Position numbers and translations under genes: made by a program
Shown here: positions 28,522-38,710 of the stretch, in pieces
Layout of the letters: every line of letters begins with the position of its first letter
Numbering within the stretch: the first letter of the stretch is position 1
Assembly (NCBI GenBank): GCA_964441745.1
Contig: CAYTYR010000001.1
Coordinates: forward strand, 62,001-126,000
From: an uncultured Clostridia bacterium
GTDB taxonomy: Bacteria > CAYTYR01 > UBA6262
Length of the DNA: 64,000 nucleotides
Direction: 5' to 3'
Notes under the pieces: model-generated
The model's database searches: none
What the model saw: the letters and a program-made list of their open reading frames with translations, nothing else
Told to the model about the DNA's origin: nothing

Positions 28522-29394
28522 CTAATAAATTACTTTATTCAACGGGTATTCAATAATACCCTGGGCTCCGGCACGTTTTAGTTCCGGGATGAGGCGTTTG
28601 ACAATTTTTTCTTCCATGATCACTTCCAACGCCACCCAGCCTTTTTTCGTCAAACCGGACACAGTTGGATTTTTTAGCGCCGGCAGTACTGCCAGTACTT
28701 TCCGCAGGTTCGCATCAGCTACATTCATTTTTAGTCCTACCATACCTTCGGCCGCCAGGGCTCCCTTTAGTAAAATGGACAGATTCTCAATTTTTCTTTT
28801 TTTCCAAGGATCCTGTAAAGCCGCGGCATTAGTAATCAACCGGGTAGTTGATTGTAATATAGTATCGATGATCCGCAGCTTGTTGGCCCGTAAGCTGGAA
28901 CCTGTTTCAGTTAGTTCGACGATCGCATCAACTAAATCGGGGACCTTGGCTTCGGTCGCACCCCAGGAAAACTCTACCTCTGCTTTAACTTTATTCTGCT
29001 GCAGGTATTTTTTAACGATATTCACTACCTCTGTGGCAATACGCTTATTTTTAAGGTCTGCTACTTTGTTAAAAGAGGAGTTTTCACTGACAGCCAGAAC
29101 CCATTTTACCGGGCGGTAACCGCTCTTGGCATAGATCAACTCCGTGACTTCCTTTACTTTGGCCCCAGATTCCACGATCCAGTCGTAACCAGCCAGCCCT
29201 ACGTCAAAAACCCCGTCTTCAACATATTTCGGGATCTCCTGGGTCCGGACCAGCATTATTTCCAGTTCCTCATCATCGCAGGAAGGAAAATAACTGCGGT
29301 CATTCACATATATGTTCACCCCGGCTTTTTTAAATAAGGCCAGCGTTGATTCTTGCAAGCTTCCTTTCGGAAATCCTAATTTTAATTTTTTCAT
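28522..29394 (-). CDS. hisG: ATP phosphoribosyltransferase (long form)
   Basis: [27 protein letters not shown], and a C-terminal regulatory domain (PTVS...GAQGII). Confidence 0.93.
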   Translation of the reverse strand: MKKLKLGFPKGSLQESTLALFKKAGVNIYVNDRSYFPSCDDEELEIMLVRTQEIPKYVEDGVFDVGLAGYDWIVESGAKVKEVTELIYAKSGYRPVKWVLAVSENSSFNKVADLKNKRIATEVVNIVKKYLQQNKVKAEVEFSWGATEAKVPDLVDAIVELTETGSSLRANKLRIIDTILQSTTRLITNAAALQDPWKKRKIENLSILLKGALAAEGMVGLKMNVADANLRKVLAVLPALKNPTVSGLTKKGWVALEVIMEEKIVKRLIPELKRAGAQGIIEYPLNKVIY

Positions 29395-29456
29395 TTTAAT
29401 TTTCCTCATAGTTTGTTTTTTTACCAGCGGCTAGTTACTAGAAACTAGCGGCTGTT

Positions 29457-30890
29457 TTATCCCTGCCAGATACAGATCCGGTTTTTCCCTTCTCTTTTTG
29501 CCTGATACATGGCTTCATCGGTTTTTTGGATAAAATCTTCCTTTAAATATTTCTTTTCAAACTGGGCGATACCGCCGCTGATAGTAACTTGCCCGATATT
29601 CTTAAAATATTCTTCCTGCCGGGTACTGGCTTCTACCGCTTCTCGCACTTTATCCGCGATGGACATCCCGCCAACAGCGTCTGTTTCCGGCAGGATCATG
29701 ACAAATTCCTCGCCGCCATAGCGGCAGACAATATCTACTTCCCTGGCATTACTTTTAATAGTCGCGCTAATATGTTTTAAAATAGCATCCCCGGTCAAAT
29801 GCCCAAAGCGGTCATTGTAGGTTTTAAAATTATCAATATCAAACATCACCAAAGAGAGCGGGCGCCCATAGCGCTTGGCCCGGTTGATTTCTTTGGCCAG
29901 CTGTTCTTGGAAATACCGGTGGTTAAACAGAGAGGTCAAGGCATCGGTAATGGCTAAGTTCCTGACTTCTTCATATAACCGCGCATTTTCAATAGCTACC
30001 GCCGCATAGTTGATGATAATAGAAAGGTAATTCAGGTCATCCTCAGTAAAGACAGCCAGCCCGTCATCTTTTTTATCAGTAACACTTAAAACCCCGTGCA
30101 CTTTATCTTTATGAACCAGGGGGACGCTGATAAATGACTTGCCCAGATAATGGGGCCGGCTTTCCCGTTTAGTGCGCTCGTCGCTTTCAATATCCTCAAC
30201 CAGCATCGCCTCCCCATATTTAATGACAAAACCAGCTACTTTATCGCCGATTTTCATTTTGGTTTTATTGATAATTTCATCGGATAACCCGATCGCCCCC
30301 CTGATAATCAACTGCCCGGTAGTCTCATCCAGGAGCATTAAAGAGCCTTTTTCTGCTTTCAAGACCTCGGTTGATTTTCGGACGATAAAATCGATCAGTT
30401 CCCTCAGGTCCAGGATCGAAGACATCATTTTACCTATTTCCAGCACTGATTCGAGCTTATCTTTTTCTATTTTCAGGCTGGACAGCAGCTCTTTATTTTC
30501 CAGGGTTAGCCGCTGCTCTTCCAAACCCCGCTTGATGATCATTTTAATGCGGTTGATATCAAACGGCTTGATGATATAGTCATACACTCCGGCTTCTAAG
30601 GCCTTAATCGCTGTTTCGGTAGTGGCAAAGGCAGTCACCATCAAGACCACGGTTTCACGATGAGCTTCCCTGATCTGTTTCATCACTTCCATGCCGCTCA
30701 TATCCGTTAGCTTAATATCAACGATAGCTATATTAAAAAATTTCTTCTGTATTTGATCTATGCCCGCAGCCCCGTTTTCCGCTGTCGTGACATTATAACC
30801 TTCTCGTTCCAAAAGCGCTTCCAGCATTTCCCGGATCACTTTTTCATCATCAACAATAAGTAATTCCGGTTTGTCCGGTTTTTTAAGCAT
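29457..30890 (-). CDS. REC-GAF-GGDEF diguanylate cyclase response regulator
   Basis: LIVDDE/KPF receiver, GAF domain, DALTSLFN, REVD I-site, RYGGEEF. Confidence 0.92.
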   Translation of the reverse strand: MLKKPDKPELLIVDDEKVIREMLEALLEREGYNVTTAENGAAGIDQIQKKFFNIAIVDIKLTDMSGMEVMKQIREAHRETVVLMVTAFATTETAIKALEAGVYDYIIKPFDINRIKMIIKRGLEEQRLTLENKELLSSLKIEKDKLESVLEIGKMMSSILDLRELIDFIVRKSTEVLKAEKGSLMLLDETTGQLIIRGAIGLSDEIINKTKMKIGDKVAGFVIKYGEAMLVEDIESDERTKRESRPHYLGKSFISVPLVHKDKVHGVLSVTDKKDDGLAVFTEDDLNYLSIIINYAAVAIENARLYEEVRNLAITDALTSLFNHRYFQEQLAKEINRAKRYGRPLSLVMFDIDNFKTYNDRFGHLTGDAILKHISATIKSNAREVDIVCRYGGEEFVMILPETDAVGGMSIADKVREAVEASTRQEEYFKNIGQVTISGGIAQFEKKYLKEDFIQKTDEAMYQAKREGKNRICIWQG

Positions 30891-30919
30891 CGCTCACGCC
30901 CACCCCTTGACTGGTCTTA

Positions 30920-32719
30920 TTACTGGTTAACAAATTTGGGAAAGCTGACAATAAAGGTAGTACCCTGGCCCAATCTGCTTTCAACTGAAATTGTCCCCTG
31001 GTGCTTCTTGACGATCTCGTTCACGATGGATAATCCCAAACCGATACCCTTGTCTTTGGTGGTAAAAAACGGCTGGAAAATACTTTTTAAATTTTCTTCG
31101 GGTATGCCGACGCCGGTATCCTTGATCTTAACTGTAATCAAATCCTTTTCTTCCATACTCATGATCGTTAATTCACCGCCGGCGCCCATCGCCTGCATGG
31201 CGTTATTGATCAGGTTGTCAAATATTTGTTTTAGCTGGTCCCGGTCGGCTTTAACCACATTTTTAATTTCCTGGAGTTTTTTAGTCACCTTGATATCATG
31301 GAGTTCAGCCTGGTATTCTTGTACCGGGAGGATTTCCCCCAGCAATTCATTGATATTGACGGTATTAAAGATCGGGCTGATCGGCTGCGAAAAAGTCAAT
31401 ATTTCCATAACGATCTTATTGGCGCGGTCAACTTCAGATTCAATATCAGCAATACTCTTATTGGCTTCTGCGTCTGCGCTGTTCACTTTTTCGCGCAGGA
31501 AATAGGCCGACATTTTGATGCCGGTCAGCGGATTTTTCAATTCATGGCTCACGGCTGCGGCAATCTGGCCGAGCGCGGCCATTTTTTCCGACTGTAACAG
31601 CTTTTTCTGCGCTTCCTTTAATTCTTCCGTCATCGCATTGAACGAGTCGGCTAATTCTTTCAGTTCGTCATCAGTATCGACCTTGATCTTATGGTCAAAA
31701 TCGCTATTAGCAACAGCGAGCGCTCCCTGGCGCAGGCTTTCAATAGACTTGGTCAAAGGCCGGCCCACGTAAAACCCGATAGCTAAGGCCAGTAAAACAC
31801 TAAATCCAGCCATAAAGATAATAGAGGAGGTGACTTTCCTCTTGATATTCAGGAATCCCTCTTCGCTGGCCCGGATATACAGGCTGCCAATCACCTGGTT
31901 ATTGGCATTGCGTAAAGGGATATAGCCATTAATATAACCTGTACCAAAAACATCGTCTTCACCGACATATTGTTTGCCGCTTTGCAATACCGTTTCGGCA
32001 ATTTTCTTATTGGTTTTAGCGCCCATGACCCTGGCGCCGGTGTGGTCACGCAGGCTGCTGGCGATGATCGTTTCCCGCTGGAAAATAGCGGCCTGGGCCC
32101 CGATCAGATCAGTGATTAAATCGACAATACTGTGATCATTATTAAGGAGATACCCGGCAATTATTACTGCCCGGACGGCACCACCAGCCTCTTTTACCGG
32201 CATGACCACCCTGATCATTAATGATTCGGCAGAATCGCTCTTAATCCCCTCTGCCTGCATTTCATTGAGATCGATCAGTTCTGTAGAAACTATATCTTCA
32301 CCGTCAACTGCCCTTTTGAAGTAAGCCCGTTCAAACAGATTATCATCTTCGAGCAGGGGCTGGTTCCCCCGGGCAATCACTTTTCCTCGCCGGTCAGCTA
32401 CCAAAAGTAGATCCAGGTTATTCTGTTCAGCTATAGCCTTCAAAAAAGCCGGCAGGTCATCCAGGGTGTCTGTATCAAAATAATATTTAACGCGGTTGCT
32501 TTGGTCACGGATCGTATAACGCAGCTGGTGCTTGATCTTGTCATAAATAGCGACAGCGACGTTCAAGTCGCTGACAATGCGTTGCTGGATCTCCCGCTGG
32601 ATCCCTTTCAGGATCAGGTTAACGCTCATAAAAGACATTATAGCAATAGGGATAAAAACAACAATAAGTAATACCACCCCTAATTTCAATTCAATTCTTT
32701 GCCGAATGAAATTGAACAT
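30920..32719 (-). CDS. Cache-HAMP sensor histidine kinase
   Basis: Two TM segments with a large extracytoplasmic domain, SHELKNPL, NLINNA, DTGVGI, FFTTK, GIGLGL. Confidence 0.92.
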   Translation of the reverse strand: MFNFIRQRIELKLGVVLLIVVFIPIAIMSFMSVNLILKGIQREIQQRIVSDLNVAVAIYDKIKHQLRYTIRDQSNRVKYYFDTDTLDDLPAFLKAIAEQNNLDLLLVADRRGKVIARGNQPLLEDDNLFERAYFKRAVDGEDIVSTELIDLNEMQAEGIKSDSAESLMIRVVMPVKEAGGAVRAVIIAGYLLNNDHSIVDLITDLIGAQAAIFQRETIIASSLRDHTGARVMGAKTNKKIAETVLQSGKQYVGEDDVFGTGYINGYIPLRNANNQVIGSLYIRASEEGFLNIKRKVTSSIIFMAGFSVLLALAIGFYVGRPLTKSIESLRQGALAVANSDFDHKIKVDTDDELKELADSFNAMTEELKEAQKKLLQSEKMAALGQIAAAVSHELKNPLTGIKMSAYFLREKVNSADAEANKSIADIESEVDRANKIVMEILTFSQPISPIFNTVNINELLGEILPVQEYQAELHDIKVTKKLQEIKNVVKADRDQLKQIFDNLINNAMQAMGAGGELTIMSMEEKDLITVKIKDTGVGIPEENLKSIFQPFFTTKDKGIGLGLSIVNEIVKKHQGTISVESRLGQGTTFIVSFPKFVNQ

Positions 32720-32822
32720 TAAGTCTCCATCATACGGGTTCCGATCGTATTAATAAATATACCATAAAAACCTATATCTGTAAAGGTGATTTTTGGGATT
32801 AAACTAAAGGTTAATCCCTGGA

Positions 32823-33284
32823 CTAACTGAAGAAACTCAGATTGTAATGCCACATAATAATGGCATCTTCCAGGTTGTCAGAGTAGTAATGCTTGCGGCA
32901 GGCAATATTCTTAAAACCAAGCTGCTCGTACAATCTTTGCGCAGCCAGATTAGAGGCTCGTACTTCTAAAGTAGCTTTTTTTAAACCTAATCTTTTACCG
33001 TCACATAAGATATAGAATAACAGGTGTTTGCCCAAACCTTGCCGCCGGTATTCAGGATGAACAGCGATATTGATCAAATGAAGCTCGTCTACTACCTGCC
33101 AATACCCGGCATAGCCTATTATTTCCTTGGCGGGCACAGTCTTAGCGACGAAAAAGTGGCTAGTGGGGATATGCAATTCCTGTTCAAACATGCCCCTGGT
33201 CCAAGGGAGGGGGAAACTGGCCTGTTCTATCTTCAGGATTGCTTCCAGGTCCTCTTCTTTTAAATGTTCATAAGCAATATCCAT
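32823..33284 (-). CDS. rimI: Ribosomal protein N-acetyltransferase
   Basis: NIAVHPEYRRQGLG, LEVRASN, R..YY...EDA; in the tsaE-tsaB-rimI context. Confidence 0.9.
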   Translation of the reverse strand: MDIAYEHLKEEDLEAILKIEQASFPLPWTRGMFEQELHIPTSHFFVAKTVPAKEIIGYAGYWQVVDELHLINIAVHPEYRRQGLGKHLLFYILCDGKRLGLKKATLEVRASNLAAQRLYEQLGFKNIACRKHYYSDNLEDAIIMWHYNLSFFS

Positions 33285-33285
33285 A

Positions 33286-33972
33286 TTATTTCTTCTTCCA
33301 CTTCAATTCAGCTTCAGACAGCCGGATATAATAGGGTACGATCTTACCCCAAGGCTCAGGGTAGCACTTCGTACCAAGTAAACTGATCCAGGAAGCGGTT
33401 GGACGCCAGAAATTTTGTGTGGTAAAGCTGGCTTTTTTAGGAAAAAACTGTTGCAGCTTTTCCTGAAGAGAAAATAACGCTTCTCCAGTAAAAATTATTT
33501 CCAGTGGGTATTTTTTTAGATCCTGCGCCAGTTTTTCCAGAGGCACTAAGCGGTAATCCGTGATCTTTTTACATTTTTGTCCGTCTGGACACTGATATAA
33601 AGCATAATAGACTTGACCTTGTATAGCCGGTATCAGTGGGCAGACCAGTGACCCGCTGAACGGCACCATGGCGGCCAGGCAGTCCAGAGTGGGAATACTA
33701 GTCACTTCTTTATGCAGCATTTGGGCCATCGTCCGGGCTACCGTTATCCCGATCCGTAGTCCGGTAAATGAGCCTGGCCCGGTAGATACAGCAATACGGT
33801 TAAGGTCAGTAAAACTAATTTTTTTTGCCAGCATGATCTTTTCTATCTGCGGTAACAGTTTTTCAGAATGGTTCATCTCCCCGGACAAGTCAGCCGCAGC
33901 CAGTATTTTACCGTTCCTGGATAAGGCCACACTGCCGATCTTGGTAGAAGTTTCTATCCCCAATACGATCAT
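33286..33972 (-). CDS. tsaB: t6A biosynthesis protein TsaB
   Basis: LGIETS, HSEKL, GPGSFTGLRIG; ATGA overlap with tsaE. Confidence 0.93.
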   Translation of the reverse strand: MIVLGIETSTKIGSVALSRNGKILAAADLSGEMNHSEKLLPQIEKIMLAKKISFTDLNRIAVSTGPGSFTGLRIGITVARTMAQMLHKEVTSIPTLDCLAAMVPFSGSLVCPLIPAIQGQVYYALYQCPDGQKCKKITDYRLVPLEKLAQDLKKYPLEIIFTGEALFSLQEKLQQFFPKKASFTTQNFWRPTASWISLLGTKCYPEPWGKIVPYYIRLSEAELKWKKK

Positions 33973-34415
33973 TTCTTCTTTCTCCAATCAGTCAGGATGA
34001 TCTTCCGGATGTTTTCATCAATACTAAGCAGTTCAATGTGTAAATACTGTTTGGTCAGGAAAGGAGTGATCTTTTCCGCCCACTCCACCAGGGAAACGCC
34101 CTGGCCATAAAAATATTCTTCGCAGCCCAGCCCCAGTAGATCAGTAAGGCCCTCCAGCCGATATAAGTCAAAATGATATACTGGCATTAGACCTGAGTAT
34201 TCATTAATGATCTTGAAGGTAGGACTATTGACATAGTCTTTTACCTTTAATCCCCTGGCGACACCCTGGATCAAGCAGGTTTTCCCAGCACCCAAATCCC
34301 CGGTGAGACAGACGAGGTCACCGGGTCTTAATTGCCGGGCCAATTTCCGGCCGAATCGCTGCGTCTCAGCGGCAGACCTGGTAATAATAATTTTATGCTT
34401 CTTTGAAATGCTCAT
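33969..34415 (-). CDS. tsaE: t6A biosynthesis ATPase TsaE
   Basis: GDLGAGKT, SPTF, HFDLYRL, VEW. Confidence 0.95.
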   Translation of the reverse strand: MSISKKHKIIITRSAAETQRFGRKLARQLRPGDLVCLTGDLGAGKTCLIQGVARGLKVKDYVNSPTFKIINEYSGLMPVYHFDLYRLEGLTDLLGLGCEEYFYGQGVSLVEWAEKITPFLTKQYLHIELLSIDENIRKIILTDWRKKK

Positions 34416-35406
34416 AACCTGTATTCCTTATCATCACTTCCCGGCCAGTCTGGTCCAATACCTTGATCTTCTTATCCTTGGTTATTTCACCGATCCAGCC
34501 GTGAGGAAATAGCTCCAGCGCTTTCTGGATCTTTTTTTTGGGCACAGTAAATAATAGTTCGTAATCTTCACCGCCGGATAAGGCCCATTGGAGAGCTTGT
34601 TGCGGGTTGCGAGTTGCGAGTTGAGAGTTTAGTGGAATCTTGTCTAGATATATCTTGGCGCCAACTTTTGATTGGGCGCAGAGTAATTTTACGGAAAGAT
34701 GCAGGCCATCGCTGATATCGATCATACTGGAAGCAAGCTTATATTTTACAATCAATCTGGATTCTTTGACTCTCGGCTCCGGCCTTAGATATCGATGTAT
34801 CAAATGCTTTCTGTTCTGCTGACCGCTGACCGCTGACCGCTGACTTTTTCTTAGTATTTCCAGGCCTGCGGCCGCCTCTCCGACACAGTTAGTCACAAAC
34901 AGGGCATCCCCTGGACTAGCCCCGTGCCGATAGATGATCTCCTTAGCCGGGGCTTCCCCTAAAAGAGCTATGTTAACCACCAGCCGGTCAGGTGACTTAA
35001 CCGTATCCCCTCCGATGATCCCCACCCTGTATTTACGGGCCAAGCTGGCCACCCCTTGTGCCAGTTTGTCCACATTATCCACAGGGATACCCACAGGGAC
35101 TCCCACAGAGATCAGGCCCCAGGTCGGGGTGGCGCCCATACTGGCTATATCACTGATGTTAACCGCCAGGGCTTTCCAGCCAATATCAAAAAAACCCTCA
35201 TATTTCAATGAAAAATGAACATCTTCTATCAGCATATCAGTGGTGTAGAGCAAGGCTTTATTGTGGCCAATTTTAACCACAGCAGTGTCATCTCCTATAC
35301 CCTGCACTAATCCTGGCCTGGCTGGCCGGTCAAAGATACGTTTAGCCCGCTGGATCAGGCCAAATTCCCCGACTTGCCCCAATGTTAACCGTTGGAAATG
35401 AGGCAT
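34393..35406 (-). CDS. thiL: Thiamine-monophosphate kinase
   Basis: GEFGLI, GIGDD, NISDIASMG, GGDT, DISDGL, GGEDYEL; carries two heptamer-repeat tracts. Confidence 0.95.
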   Translation of the reverse strand: MPHFQRLTLGQVGEFGLIQRAKRIFDRPARPGLVQGIGDDTAVVKIGHNKALLYTTDMLIEDVHFSLKYEGFFDIGWKALAVNISDIASMGATPTWGLISVGVPVGIPVDNVDKLAQGVASLARKYRVGIIGGDTVKSPDRLVVNIALLGEAPAKEIIYRHGASPGDALFVTNCVGEAAAGLEILRKSQRSAVSGQQNRKHLIHRYLRPEPRVKESRLIVKYKLASSMIDISDGLHLSVKLLCAQSKVGAKIYLDKIPLNSQLATRNPQQALQWALSGGEDYELLFTVPKKKIQKALELFPHGWIGEITKDKKIKVLDQTGREVMIRNTGYEHFKEA

Positions 35407-35407
35407 G

Positions 35408-36580
35408 TTAACCCTTCTTCGTGGCTAATTTAAGTATCAACGACTTCTTAATAGTCATCGCTTTAGTCGGACATAATTCGATACAGCAAAAGCACTCTAT
35501 ACATTGGCGATAATTCACTTTAATCTTTCCTTTGGCCTTAGTAATTGCCTGGACTGGACAGCTTTTAACACAGATCTGGCATCTGGTACATAGCTCATGA
35601 TTAACGACTGGATCTGTTAACCTGACCAGCCTGGCGATGTAGCTTACTAAAGGCACTAAAAAGCCTGGTATTTTTTCAGTTAAAGAACTACCCGGTGGCA
35701 AAATAAATTTTGCCGGTCTTAGCTCTTTTATTAAAGCCCCCTTCAGCTCTATCTCGGACAGGTTTTTGGGTCCAAGGTTTTCTTTTACGGCCGCGGCAAT
35801 GATCGGGACATTAGCCGTGGGGATATTCATAATCTCGGCCTGGATCATATCCATAGCCAAAGCATTATCCGCCGCCAGTAAAAATCCGGTAGCCACCGGC
35901 GTGCCGCTGGATCCTGGGCCTTCACCTTCCATTCCCAGAATGCCATCCATAATATTGAGCTGGGGCGCCACTTTGGAAAATAACGCTACCAGCAGGGCGC
36001 TAAAGTCTTCTTTTTTCGGCGCTAATTTGTGTAACTGAACTTTGGTCAAGCCAGGCATCACGCCAAACATATTCTTGATGGCGCCAGTAGTGATAGTCAG
36101 GTCATGGGTTTTGAATTTGGGCACATTAATCACTACCTCAAAGTCCTCCAGGACACAGGCAGCAATAGGAATTTTAATTTTCTTTTTGCCAAGAGCTAAT
36201 TCGAATTCTTTAAATCGGCTTTTTTCAAAATTAACCAGAGTGGCGCCACTGGCAGCCGCCGCCTGTTTCATGCCGGTAATTTCCCAAAGCTGTTCAATCC
36301 GTTCCAGGATGCCAAACCCGCCGGGGCTATCACCAATAAAGGGCAAAGCTCCCAGTTTTTTAATACCCTCGGCAATAGCGATGATCAGCGCAGGATGGGT
36401 GGTTACTGCTGTTTCCGGAGGGCGTGGAGCCAGGAGATTGGGTTTGATCAGCACTTTCTGGCCAGGCTGGACATAGGCGCCAAGGCCACCGATAGGTTCA
36501 AGCAGAGCGGTTAAGGCTTTGGCCACCTCACTTGTCTCATACGTTTTGCATTTAACGGCAGCAACCTTAAACATACCCAT
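35408..36580 (-). CDS. DUF362 protein with C-terminal 2x[4Fe-4S] ferredoxin domain
   Basis: VLIKPN, TTHP, PKFKTH, KNMFG, MEGEGP, CxxCxxCxxxCP twice. Start uncertain (36574-36598). Confidence 0.88.
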   Translation of the reverse strand: MGMFKVAAVKCKTYETSEVAKALTALLEPIGGLGAYVQPGQKVLIKPNLLAPRPPETAVTTHPALIIAIAEGIKKLGALPFIGDSPGGFGILERIEQLWEITGMKQAAAASGATLVNFEKSRFKEFELALGKKKIKIPIAACVLEDFEVVINVPKFKTHDLTITTGAIKNMFGVMPGLTKVQLHKLAPKKEDFSALLVALFSKVAPQLNIMDGILGMEGEGPGSSGTPVATGFLLAADNALAMDMIQAEIMNIPTANVPIIAAAVKENLGPKNLSEIELKGALIKELRPAKFILPPGSSLTEKIPGFLVPLVSYIARLVRLTDPVVNHELCTRCQICVKSCPVQAITKAKGKIKVNYRQCIECFCCIELCPTKAMTIKKSLILKLATKKG

Positions 36581-36582
36581 GG

Positions 36583-37767
36583 TTATTGCCAGGACCAAAC
36601 AGTTTGCGCCAGGACAGCAGCGCCGACTGGCAAAGCCTCTTCGTCCAGATCAAAGCAGGCATGGTGCCAGGGATGAGTGATACCCTTGGCTTTGTTGCCC
36701 ACACCCAGATACACAAAAGCTCCTGGTACCTGCTGTAAATAACTGGCAAAATCTTCTCCGCCCATGGAAGCGCGGTTAACCGTAATTATATTATTTGTTC
36801 CTAAGATGCCGGCGGCAGCAGCCTTAATAGTATCAACTATCTGGTCGGTGTTAACTAAAGCTATCCCCAGCATTTTATATTCCAATTGGTACCTGGCGCC
36901 AAAAGCAGCAGTAATGCCGCGCACTATTTTTTCTATTTTATTTGGCATTTCCTGATGGGTTTGCTCATTCAAAGTCCGCACGGTGCCAGTCATGACCACC
37001 TGATCCGCTAAAATATTATACTGGCTGCCGCCATTGATCGTCCCAATGGTCAGGACTACCGGGTCGGCTGGATCGGTCTGGCGGGAAACCACCTGCTGGA
37101 GCGCGGTAATTACTTCCGCTGCTATCGCTACGGCATCTACGCCTTTATGCGGCGCTGCCCCATGGCCGCCTTCACCGGTAATAGTCAGGGTAAATTCATC
37201 TACATTAGCCATCATTTGCCCGTATTTTAAGCCGATCTTACCTACCGGCAGTAACGTGTAAACATGCATCCCAATGATCGCTTCGACCAAAGGATCTTTT
37301 AGGACACCAGCCTTGATCATTCGCTCCGCGCCATTGGAAATTTCTTCTGCCGGCTGGAAAATAAATTTCACTGGTTTGGTAAGTTCCTTCCGGTGTGCCG
37401 CCAGTAATTTGGCAGCTCCCAGGGCGCAGGTCATATTGCCATCATGGCCGCAGGCATGCATAATTCCTTTTACGCGGGAAGAATAACTCTTGTTTGTGGC
37501 TTCCTGAATAGGTAAGGCATCCATGTCGGCGCGGATGGCGATGGAGCTGGTTCGCGGATGGCGGATGGCAGATGGCGGTTCAAGCAAACCGATGACACCG
37601 GTGCCGCCAACGCCTGTTTTGACTTTGAGACCCCACTTTTTCAGCAGGGAGGCAATATAGGCGCTGGTTTTATATTCCTTATTGCTTAATTCCGGATATT
37701 GGTGCAGATGCCTTCGTATCTTGATCAATTCTGTTTTTATTTTATCCGCTTCTTTCAAGAAATTCAT
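36583..37767 (-). CDS. M20D amidohydrolase
   Basis: RRHLHQYPEL, RADMDALP, MHACGHD, FQPAEE, GGEDF. Confidence 0.92.
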   Translation of the reverse strand: MNFLKEADKIKTELIKIRRHLHQYPELSNKEYKTSAYIASLLKKWGLKVKTGVGGTGVIGLLEPPSAIRHPRTSSIAIRADMDALPIQEATNKSYSSRVKGIMHACGHDGNMTCALGAAKLLAAHRKELTKPVKFIFQPAEEISNGAERMIKAGVLKDPLVEAIIGMHVYTLLPVGKIGLKYGQMMANVDEFTLTITGEGGHGAAPHKGVDAVAIAAEVITALQQVVSRQTDPADPVVLTIGTINGGSQYNILADQVVMTGTVRTLNEQTHQEMPNKIEKIVRGITAAFGARYQLEYKMLGIALVNTDQIVDTIKAAAAGILGTNNIITVNRASMGGEDFASYLQQVPGAFVYLGVGNKAKGITHPWHHACFDLDEEALPVGAAVLAQTVWSWQ

Positions 37768-37816
37768 GATTTTCACCCATTTTCATTTTTTACGCCTAAC
37801 GACGAACGACGAACGA

Positions 37817-38698
37817 TCAACCGAGAACAGTTTTCAATGCTTTCGGTATCGCTTTAATAATATCGCTGGCCACCAGGCCCATTTCTGTAGTTTCTTTTAT
37901 CGCTAAATCCCCGGCCAGGCCATGGATATATACTGCTGCTTTAGCCGCATCCATCATATCCAAACCTTGGGCTATCAAACCGCCCAATATTCCGCTTAAC
38001 ACATCACCGCTGCCGGCTGTAGCCATCCCAGGGTTACCGGTATTATTTACCACTGTTTTTTGCCCATCAGTGATAATCGTCTGATAACCTTTGAGCACAC
38101 ACATTACTCCCGTATCCTTGCTAAACTGAAGCGGGTATTTCCCACGGGCTTTTTTAATTTCAGTGGCATGGGTATTGATCAGCTTACCTAGTTCTCCGGC
38201 ATGGGGCGTAATCACGATTGGCCCGCGGGCAGATTTAAATATATCCAATTTCCCGACCAGGGCATTAATAGCATCGGCATCAATCACCAGTGGTATCTTG
38301 CTATTAGCGACAAAACTGCGCACCAGCTCAACGGTTTCCGGATGAGTGGAGAGTCCCGGCCCGATCACGGCCGCGTTAATATTGCGTAACTGGATCAGGT
38401 TGTTGATCCCGTCAAGCGCTTTCAGGCTGAGCGTCTGCTCATCTGTTTCAGCCAGCGGCTTGGTCATCACTTCAGTAAGTTTAACTGCTACTATCTGGTT
38501 TAAGCTCTTGGGGATCCCTAAGGTTACTAATCCAGCGCCAATACGGATGGCTGCTTCACTGGTCAATGCTGCCGCGCCGGTCATGCCGGCGGAACCAGCT
38601 AATACCAGTACATGGCCAAAAACATTTTTGTAAGCGTCCTTGGGACGTTTTGGCAGCAGCTTTTTTATTTCTTCTTTAGTAATGAATTTTTCCGGCAT
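37817..38698 (-). CDS. nnrD: ADP-dependent NAD(P)HX dehydratase (dehydratase domain only)
   Basis: GSAGMTGAA, GAGLV, GPGL, VIDADA, TPHAGE, GMATAGSGDVLSG. Confidence 0.92.
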   Translation of the reverse strand: MPEKFITKEEIKKLLPKRPKDAYKNVFGHVLVLAGSAGMTGAAALTSEAAIRIGAGLVTLGIPKSLNQIVAVKLTEVMTKPLAETDEQTLSLKALDGINNLIQLRNINAAVIGPGLSTHPETVELVRSFVANSKIPLVIDADAINALVGKLDIFKSARGPIVITPHAGELGKLINTHATEIKKARGKYPLQFSKDTGVMCVLKGYQTIITDGQKTVVNNTGNPGMATAGSGDVLSGILGGLIAQGLDMMDAAKAAVYIHGLAGDLAIKETTEMGLVASDIIKAIPKALKTVLG

Positions 38699-38710
38699 AA
38701 TAACCTCACA

